From Octopus sinensis (lineage: Eukaryota): a DNA stretch of 6,966 nucleotides. A program made the position numbers and the translations under genes. The notes below the pieces were generated by a model. The model was not told the DNA's origin. It searched no databases and was given only the letters and a program-made list of their open reading frames with translations. Location of the stretch: assembly GCF_006345805.1 (NCBI RefSeq), contig NW_021829048.1:1-6966 (forward strand). The letters are read 5' to 3'. Positions 1 through 6,331 of the stretch are shown one piece after another. Each line of letters opens with the position of its first letter. The first letter of the stretch is position 1.

Positions 1-14
1 TAATAGTAGTAGTG

Positions 15-47
<33 letters not shown>

Positions 48-223
48 CAGCAGATGCAGCAGTTGTTGTTCTTGCAGTACCTACAGCAGCAGCAACAGCA
101 GCAGCAGTAGTAGTAATTGTTGTAATCACAGTTGTAGTCACATAAGTAGTAGTAGCAGCAGTCGTCATTGTAGTAGTAGTAGTAATAGTAGCAGCAGCAG
201 CATCAGTCGTCGTCGTTGTTTCA

Positions 224-261
<38 letters not shown>

Positions 262-500
262 ATTGTTGTAATCACAGTTGTAGTCACATAAGTAGTAGTA
301 GCAGCAGTCGTCATTGTAGTAGTAGTAGTAATAGTAGCAGCAGCAGCATCAGTCGTCGTCGTTGTTTCATAGTAGTAGTAGTAGTAGTAGTGTAGTAGTA
401 GTAGCAGTAGTAGTAATTGTTGTTGTTGATATTGTAACAGTGGTGATGGTTGCACTGGTGGTGGTAGTAGTAGTAGTAGCAGCAGCGGCAGTAGCAGCAG
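1..500. repeat. Compound trinucleotide microsatellite, (TAG)n/(CAG)n/(TTG)n/(GTC)n
   Basis: Read directly from the sequence: long agtagtagt runs mixed with cagcagcag and ttgttg runs. It continues to the window's left edge. Confidence 0.97.
114..391. repeat. 146-bp tandem duplication inside the microsatellite
   Basis: The 111-nt complex core taattgttgtaatcacagttgtagtcacataag...gtcgtcgttgtttcat is identical at 114-224 and 260-370, each followed by (AGT)n. A third partial start, taattgttgt, is at 414. Confidence 0.93.
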
Positions 501-519
501 TTTAGCGCAAACGAAATGA

Positions 520-590
520 TTTTTTCTTTTCTTTTTTTTCTTTTTTCCTTTATTTCTTTTTCTTTTTCTTTTTCTTTTTCTTTTCTTTTT
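520..590. repeat. T-rich low-complexity tract, about (T4-5C)n; A-rich on the minus strand
   Basis: 71 nt made almost entirely of T and C. It is the source of the poly-K/R stretch in ORF 165..716. Confidence 0.92.
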
Positions 591-900
591 GCTGTTTTGC
601 TTATATATGAAGAATTTCCACAGAGCGTGGCACATCCTTAAGTAGGAAATAAACGACTTTAGTCGGTTGGCATTTGGTAAAAATTTCTCGATAAATATCG
701 ATGGAAATGTCTGCAAGAATTCACGATTTCCAATTACTTCTTCAAACTTGCAAATTGCTATAATAGAATGTTACAATTCTCCAATATACACAGAGGACAC
801 CTTCTGGAACCAATAATGCAGTACGATGCGTGCTCTACAATGGTCGATTCGATTTTATAATATATCAATCTTCCATCTTTTATCTTGATAATTTATCGTT

Positions 901-1301
901 CTTTTATCTTTTACCGTATACTTGTTTCAGTCATTTAGACTGCGACCATGCTGTAGCACCGCCTTTTAGTCGAGCAACTCGACCCCGGGACTTATTCTTT
1001 GTAAGCCCAGTACTTATTCTATCAGTCTCTTTTGCCGAACCGCTAAGTAACGGGGACGTAAACACACCAGCATCGGTTGTCAAGCAATGCTAGGAGGACA
1101 AACACAGACACACACACACACACACACATACATATATACGACGGGCTTCTTTCAGTTTCCGTCTACCAAATCCACTCACAAAGCATTGGTCGGCCCGGGG
1201 CTATAGCAGAAGACACTTGCCCAAGATGCCACGCAGTGGGACTGAACCCGGAACCATGTGATTGTTTAGCAAGCTACTTACCACACAGCCACTCCTGCGC
1301 C
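901..1301 (-). mobile_element. Full-length tRNA-derived SINE (family A here), cephalopod type, with a CORE-like segment and an internal (CA)n
   Basis: The minus strand begins ggcgcaggagtggctgtgtggtaag. It has an A-box-like tggctgtgtggt (1291-1280) and a B-box-like ggttcagtccc (1248-1238) at tRNA-like spacing. These are followed by gtggcatcttgggcaagtgtct (1232-1211), which resembles the CORE-SINE motif gtgaccttgggcaagtcactt. Internal (CA)n at about 1108-1138 and a short taaaaga-repeat tail at about 901-913. The 3' half recurs at 2083-2310 and in part at 1302 and 1513. Confidence 0.88.
1238..1291 (-). promoter_or_regulatory. Internal RNA polymerase III type-2 promoter (A and B boxes) of SINE A
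   Basis: A box tggctgtgtggt and B box ggttcagtccc (consensus GGTTCGANNCC), separated by 31 nt. Confidence 0.7.
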
Positions 1302-1386
1302 TATACTTGTTTCAGTCATTCAACAGCGGCCATGCTGGAGCGCCGCCTTGAATCCCAGTCTAGTACTTATTCTATCAGCCCCCTTT
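1302..1386 (-). mobile_element. Degenerate, internally deleted 3' fragment of SINE A (second copy at 1513-1597)
   Basis: tatacttgtttcagtcatt..cggccatgctggagc.ccgcctt and ctagtacttattctatcag align with 917-965 and 1008-1025 of the full-length copy. The segment between them is mostly missing. Confidence 0.8.
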
Positions 1387-1721
1387 AGGCTCTAAATACA
1401 TTTGAAGAATGAAATGGTGAACAGTGTTTCTCTGAGTGTCTGAATGTATATATTGGTCGCCTGAAGCTTTCTTTGAAGGGATTGTCAGTTAACCCTCTAA
1501 AGCAGCGATACGTATACTTGTTTCAGTCATTCAACAGCGGCCATGCTGGAGCGCCGCCTTGAATCCCAGTCTAGCACTTATTCTATCAGCCCCCTTTAAG
1601 CTCTAAATACATTTGAAGAATGAAGTGGTGAATAGTGTTTCTCTGAGTGTCTGAATGTATATATTAGTCGCCTGAAGCTTTCTTTGAAGGGATTTTCAGT
1701 TAACCCTCTAAAGCAGCGATA
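1302..1721. repeat. 211-bp-period tandem duplication (1302-1510 and 1513-1721)
   Basis: Manual alignment gives 209 nt with 6 substitutions (5 transitions, 1 transversion) and no indels, about 97% identity. The copies are separated by cg. Confidence 0.97.
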
Positions 1722-1905
1722 AATACAGCTATCTTTCTACCTATCGACCTATCTATGTACCTACCACTTCCCCGCATACAAATCTATTGGCGTATACATG
1801 TAGCTACTTATTATTACATCTATATTTTGAAATGACATATTTAAAACTGGTAACAGGTTTGTGTTTATAAACATCACTGCTTATTGTTGTAACGCCGTAT
1901 TTTAG

Positions 1906-2069
1906 TTACGGCCACCCGCTGAACAGTGCATCCAGTCCTTGAATGATGACGAGAATATCATAAGAGCGACCTGTCGCGCCTACCAGTTCGTTACCACCGC
2001 CATCCCAGTCTCTGCTGCTGAAGACGAAATAACTACTGCGAAATGCATGCATTCCAGTCTGGTTCAGAT
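1906..2069 (+). CDS. Possible internal coding exon of an unidentified gene (LRPPAEQCIQSLNDDENIIRATCRAYQFVTTAIPVSAAEDEITTAKCMHSSLVQ)
   Basis: A non-repetitive island of about 51% GC (83/164 counted) within AT-rich flanks. It is preceded by tattttAG (1904-1905), open in phase 0, and followed by GTattt (2070). I do not recognise the peptide, and the minus strand also has an open frame here. Confidence 0.3.
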
Positions 2070-2082
2070 GTATTTTCATCTA

Positions 2083-2316
2083 TTTATTCTTTTATTCTTT
2101 AACTTGTTTCAGACGTTTGAACGCGGCCATGCTAGAGCACCCACTTAAAGGGTGCTGGTCGAAGAAATCAACCCCGGGACTTATTCTTTCTAAGCCTAGT
2201 ACTTATCCTATCGGTCTCTTATGCCGAACCGCTAGGTTACTGGAAAATAAACACACCAGCATCGGTCATCAACCGATGCGAGGTATAAGCACATGCACAC
2301 ACACACACAACCACAA
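2083..2316 (-). mobile_element. 3' half of a more diverged SINE A copy
   Basis: The tail tttattcttttattcttt, then acttgtttcag, gcggccatgctagagcacc, ccccgggacttattctt, gccgaaccgctag and aaacacaccagcatcggt are collinear with 917-1085. It ends in the internal (CA)n/(TA)n, and the tRNA-like head is absent from the window. Confidence 0.88.
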
Positions 2317-2317
2317 A

Positions 2318-2339
2318 TATATATATATATATTATATAT

Positions 2340-2376
<37 letters not shown>

Positions 2377-2386
2377 CATATATATA
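2318..2386. repeat. (TA)n microsatellite
   Basis: About 34 TA units with three small interruptions. Confidence 0.97.
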
Positions 2387-3046
2387 TCAGGTCATCCCAT
2401 AAGTTTTGTCCGAATTTTGAATAAAGAAATAGTAATCAAATGTTATATTTAATTGAAATTTGATCATCAATGTTCTTTTCCTGATTATCTATGACTTTCT
2501 TCCATCTATTTACAAGCCTTTTAATCCCATCAATGTAAAACTCTTTTGGTTTCAAAGCGAACAATTCTGAAATGACAGTTTCAACCTCCTCCTGGCTTGC
2601 GAAAGTTATGTCCCGTAAGTGATTCTGTAAGCTACGAAACAAATGGTAGTCTGAAGGAGCATGGTCAGGAAAATAAGGTGGATGAGGAATTCTTTTCCCA
2701 ACCAAGCTCTTCGATCTTCTGTGAGGTGATCTTTGCAGTGTGGGGTCGCACATTGTTCCGATGAAACATCACTCCTTTTCGATTAACTAAAGCGGGTCTT
2801 TTTTTCTTCAAAGCTTGGTGCAACCACACTTATTGCTGACAGTAGACTTGAGCATTGATTGTTGCATGAGGTGGCAACAATTCAAAGGGAATTACTCCTT
2901 TGGAATCCCACTAGATAGAGAGAAGAATCTTTTTCCCATGAAGTTCGCTTCTCGGTTTTGGTTGAGCCTTTTACCTTTTACCAAGCCACTGTTTACGCTG
3001 TTTAACATTTCGATAGAAGATCCCTTTTTGCGTCACCAGTCACAAG
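2387..3046 (-). mobile_element. 3' half of a mariner (Tc1/mariner, DD34D) DNA transposon, with one terminal inverted repeat
   Basis: A transposase remnant leads to a mariner-like end, TA|tcaggtcatcccataagttttgtccgaatttt (TA at 2385-2386; TIR about 2387-2418). The 5' half and the second TIR are not in the window. Confidence 0.93.
2436..3046 (-). pseudogene. Mariner transposase catalytic domain, inactivated
   Basis: Manual translation: LVTGD/(E)KGIFYRNVKQRKQWLGKR*KAQPKPRSELHGKKILLSI*WDSKGVIPFELLPPHATINAQVYCQQ*VWLHQALKKKRPALVNRKGVMFHRNNVRPHTAKITSQKIEELGWEK/IPHPPYFPDHAPSDYHLFRSLQNHL...RWKKVIDNQ. It matches the mariner motifs TGDEKW, WWD, HDNARPH and YSPDLAPSD. There are 34 residues between the second catalytic position (mutated D to N) and the D of PSDY. 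Stops at 2971-2973, 2911-2913 and 2830-2832; +1 frameshifts near 3025-3031 and 2691-2695. Confidence 0.96.
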
Positions 3047-4304
3047 TACGCAACTGGTACTTAATTTATCGATCTCCAAAGGATGAAAGGCAAAGTCGAC
3101 CTCGGCAGAATTTGAACTCAGAACGTAAATACCTATTTCTTTACTACCCACAAGGGGCTAATCACAGAGGACAAGCAAGGACAGACAAACGGTCAAGTCG
3201 AAAATATCGACTCCAGTGCGTAACTGGTACTTATTTAATCGACCCCGAAAGGATTAAAGGCAAAGTCGACCTCGGCGGAATTTGAACTCAGAACGTAGCA
3301 GCAGACGAAATACCTATTTCTTTTACTACCCACAAGGGGCTAAACACAGAGGGGACAAACAAGGACAGACAAACGGATGAAGCCGATTATATCGACCCCA
3401 GTGCGTAACTGGTACTTAATTTATCGACCCCGAAAGGATGAAAGACAAAGCCGACCTCGGCGGAATTTGAACTCAGAACGTGGCAGCAGACGAAATACCT
3501 ATTTCTTTTACTACCCACAAGGGGCTAAACACAGAGGGGACAAACAAGGACAGACAAACGGATGAAGCCGATTATATCGACCCCAGTGCGTAACTGGTAC
3601 TTAATTTATCGACCCCGAAAGGATGAAAGGCAAAGTCGACCTCGGCAGAATTTGAACTCAGAACGTAAATACCTATTTCTTTACTACCCACAAGGGGCTA
3701 ATCACAGAGGACAAGCAAGGACAGACAAACGGTCAAGTCGAAAATATCGACTCCAGTGCGTAACTGGTACTTAATTTATCGACCCCGAAAGGATGAAAAG
3801 CAAAGTCGACCTCGGCGGAATTTGAACTCAGAACGTAACGGCAGACGAAATACTGCTACGCATTTCGCCCGGAATGCTAGCGTTTCTTATTTCTTTACTA
3901 CCCACAAGGGGCCAATCACAGAGGGGGCAAACAAGGACAGACAAACGGATTAAGCCGATTATATCGACCCCAGTGCGTAACTGGTCATTAATTTATCGAC
4001 CCCGAAAGGATGAAAGGCAAAGTCGACCTCGGCAGAATTTGAACTCAGAATGTAGCAGCAGACGAAATACCTATTTCATTTACTACCCACAAGGGGCCAA
4101 ACACAGAGGGGGCAAACAAGGACAGACAAACGGATTAAGCCGATTACATCGACCCCAGTGCGTAACTGGTCATTAATTTATCGACCCCGAAAGGATGAAA
4201 GGCAAAGTCGACCTCGGCGGGATTTGAACTCAGAACGTAACGGCAGACGAAATACCGCTACGCATTTCGCCCGGCGTGTTAACGTTTCTGCCAGCTCGCC
4301 GTCT
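3045..4304 (-). mobile_element. Head-to-tail array of seven units of a second tRNA-derived SINE (family B here)
   Basis: The anchor aactggt occurs at 3052, 3222, 3407, 3592, 3762, 3979 and 4164 (periods 170, 185, 185, 170, 217, 185). The last unit (4072-4304) has a complete head, agacggcgagctggcagaaacgtt...gagttcaaatccc, and a tail, gtagtaaatgaaata. The middle segment gcctttcatcctttcggggtcgataaattaa resembles, from recall, the Meta-SINE central domain (unverified). Confidence 0.93.
4220..4293 (-). promoter_or_regulatory. Pol III A box and B box of the terminal SINE B unit
   Basis: A-box-like tggcagaaacg (4293-4283). B box gttcaaatcc (4229-4220) fits GTTCRANNC exactly; the other units read gttcaaattc. 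Confidence 0.7.
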
Positions 4305-4319
4305 TTGCCCCTTGCATAT

Positions 4320-4685
4320 TAATTAAAACTTTCTTCCATCGAAGTTCGATGTTAATTTATGTTCGAAACTCTAACTTAATAATGACGAAGTTATTTTGCG
4401 AAATTCCACATTATTCTCGAAATTAATTCACACAAAAGCAGTGTATTCCAACAGAAATATGATAATAATTAGATTAATAACGACGAAGTTATTTTACGGA
4501 ATTCTTAATTATTTCCAAAATTAATTGAAACGAAAGTAGTGTATTAATTGAAATAAAGGCAGTGTATTTCAGCAGAAATATGGTAACAAAAGGGGTTAAT
4601 AATTATTTTACTAAATTCTTAATTATTTTCAAAATTAATTAAAACAATGGCAGTGTATACATTCAGTAGAAGTGCGGTGGCAAAA
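4320..4685 (-). mobile_element. One end of a probable piggyBac-like non-autonomous DNA transposon (MITE), with a repeated subterminal module
   Basis: The minus strand reads TTAA-CCCCttttgttacca from 4599, the TTAA target plus CCC terminus typical of piggyBac. A module of about 90 nt (gaagttatttt..aattc..attatt..aaattaatt..aa..cagtgtat..ca.cagaaatatg.taa) occurs at about 4377-4467, 4475-4586 and 4603-4685. Only one terminus is visible. Confidence 0.5.
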
Positions 4686-4699
4686 TGGATGTCTGTGAG

Positions 4700-4762
4700 T
4701 TCGTATGTGTGTGTCTGTGAGTGTGTGTCTGTGAGTGTGTGAGCGTCTCTTTGTATGTGTTT
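4700..4762. repeat. Interrupted (TG)n microsatellite
   Basis: tgtgtgtgtctgtgagtgtgtgtctgtgagtgtgt, containing a 14-nt sub-repeat. Confidence 0.9.
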
Positions 4763-4804
4763 GTATTCATTTATCTAATTACGTAGTTACTTAATCATTT
4801 ACAT

Positions 4805-4957
4805 ATTGATCTATCAATCTCTCTATCTGTCTGGCTGTCTATCTAGCTATCTCTCTGTCTCTCTCTCTCTCCCTCCTATTTATCTATCTATCTATCTGTC
4901 CATCTGTCTCAATCTATCTATTTCTTTATCTATCTATCTCTCTATCTATCTCTCTGC

Positions 4958-4989
<32 letters not shown>

Positions 4990-5186
4990 ATATATATATA
5001 TATATATCTGTCTGTCTCTCTCTCTCCCTATCTATTTATCTATCTATCGATCTATGTATATATCTGTCTGTCTGTCTATCTATCTCTCTATCTATTTATC
5101 TATCTATCTATCGATCTATCGATCTATCGATCTATCTATCTATCTATCTGACTCTCTCTCTCTCTCTATCTATCTATCTGTCTGTC
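4805..5186. repeat. Compound (TATC)n/(TC)n/(TA)n/(TGTC)n microsatellite
   Basis: Read directly from the sequence. It is the source of the IYLS-repeat ORFs. Confidence 0.97.
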
Positions 5187-5215
5187 TTACACCTTACATC
5201 ATAACACTGTGGTAC

Positions 5216-5305
5216 ACGACCCCTATTGATCGTTTTTTTTCTTCTTTTGTTTCTTTTCCTTTTTTTCTTTCTTTCTTATTTCCCTTTTACGATCCCTTTT
5301 GATCG
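5216..5305 (-). other. 56-nt T-rich tract flanked by 17-bp imperfect direct repeats
   Basis: acgacccctattgatcg (5216-5232) and acgatcccttttgatcg (5289-5305), 15/17 identical, bracket 5233-5288, which is almost entirely T/C. Confidence 0.55.
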
Positions 5306-5376
5306 AAAACCTATCCCACCTTTATATATTTTTTTTTACCTCCCCCCCCCCAAAAGAAAAGCTCTACTTTGTAATC

Positions 5377-5416
5377 TGTCCCGTCTGTGTGCAGCCCTGT
5401 GTGGCTAATAAAGAAA
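5377..5416 (+). mobile_element. Isolated 3' end related to the SINE B tail
   Basis: tgtcccgtctgtgtgcagccctgtgtggctaataaagaaa aligns without gaps at 33/40 with tgtcccctctgtgtttagccccttgtgggtagtaaagaaa, the 3' end of the array units on their sense strand (one homopolymer-length variant collapsed). Confidence 0.6.
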
Positions 5417-5418
5417 CA

Positions 5419-5608
5419 TATCTGTCTATCTGTCTGTCTCTATCTATCTATCTATCTCTCTATCTATCTCTCTATCTATCTCTCTATCTATCTCTCTATC
5501 TATCTATCCATCTATCTATCTGACTCTCTCTATCTCTATCTATCTATCTACCCATCATTCCATCTATCTCTTTATCTATCTATCCATCTATCTCTCTGAC
5601 TCTCTCTC

Positions 5609-5667
<59 letters not shown>

Positions 5668-5955
5668 GACTCTCTCTCTCTCTCTATCTATCTATCTATT
5701 TATGTAACTGCCTATCGATCTATCGAGATCTATTTACCTATCTGTCGATCTATCTACTTATCAGTCTACCTTAGTATTTCTCTACCTTATTTATCTCCAT
5801 CCCTTTGATTATCAATCTACCTGTTGATCTGTCTATTTATCTACCTATGTATGTTTATTTATTTCTCTGCCAGTTTATGCATCTATCAATGTACCTGTCT
5901 ATTCATTTACCTATTTATCTGTCTGCCAATCTATCTGTCAGTATGTCCAACCATC
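5419..5955. repeat. Compound (TATC)n/(TC)n microsatellite that decays towards the right
   Basis: Pure TATC at about 5611-5667, becoming progressively more degenerate beyond about 5700. Confidence 0.95.
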
Positions 5956-5973
5956 CATGCATCCGCAACTTTT

Positions 5974-6331
5974 GCCCATCCCACTCAAAAGGTCCCTGAA
6001 TAAGGGGGTTGGTTAAGGATGTTGAACGAAACACCCATGTCTCCAGAGGTGAATTATCCAAATCGCAAAGAATCCCTCTCAACACATGGCTATGATGCTC
6101 CCCCACTACTTCTGCTCATGATCAGAAATGCACATATCGTCAGCCACTAAGGGACATGCTCAACTGGTTAAGGTCAAACAACTGACAGACAAATCTGTGG
6201 TATTGAGCAGAATATTTGCTGTAGCCCATCTTTTATATCAAGCCAAACAATGTACCATGATAATACTTCAATCATCAGGTTAAGATCAGAAGCGCATGAG
6301 AGCCACTGCCGGTGGTACTGCATCAGGGCAT
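5974..6331. mobile_element. Unclassified interspersed repeat, probably truncated on the left
   Basis: A mid-GC block with no credible coding signal and sharp boundaries against the TATC tract and the (ATT)5. From recall only, not a search, I recognise it as an abundant octopus repeat (gatgggctacagcaaatattctgctcaataccacagattt...gagcatgtcccttagtggctgacgatatgtgcat). Class unknown. Confidence 0.45.

Noticed and set aside
165-716. 183-aa ORF with poly-K, L, Q, Y and T runs
   Set aside because: It starts at TTG and about two-thirds is translated microsatellite and A-rich tract. No recognisable domain.
1225-1301. Bona fide tRNA gene at the SINE heads (also 4215-4304)
   Set aside because: A and B boxes are present but I could not form a complete cloverleaf with an acceptor stem. 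Each continues directly into a repeated SINE body.
830-1388. ORFs 830..1093 and 1077..1388, and likewise 2117..2452
   Set aside because: Antisense readings of SINE A with non-ATG starts. The THTH and IYIY runs come from (CA)n and (TA)n.
1489-1503. ttaaccctctaaagc (also 1700-1714) as a piggyBac terminus
   Set aside because: Only a 7-nt TTAACCC match, with no partner TIR and no similarity to the 4599 end beyond the motif. It is present twice only because of the 211-bp duplication.
2436-2753. ORF as an intact transposase or a domesticated SETMAR-like gene
   Set aside because: It is only the post-frameshift C-terminal piece. There are three in-frame stops and two frameshifts upstream, the second catalytic Asp is lost and the DNA-binding half is missing.
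2815-4176. Plus-strand ORFs 2815..3285, 3377..3565, 3562..3774, 3756..3953 and 3874..4176 as a repeat-protein gene cluster
   Set aside because: They are antisense translations of the mariner remnant and the SINE units. The repeated peptides simply mirror the DNA repeat, and the frames shift between units.
3045-4304. CRISPR-like regularly spaced repeats
   Set aside because: Units are 170-217 bp and similar along their whole length, with no unique spacers and no cas genes. They carry Pol III boxes, and the context is eukaryotic.
4806-5999. IYLS/SIYL-repeat ORFs
   Set aside because: (TATC)n has stop-poor frames by construction, so these are not evidence of coding.
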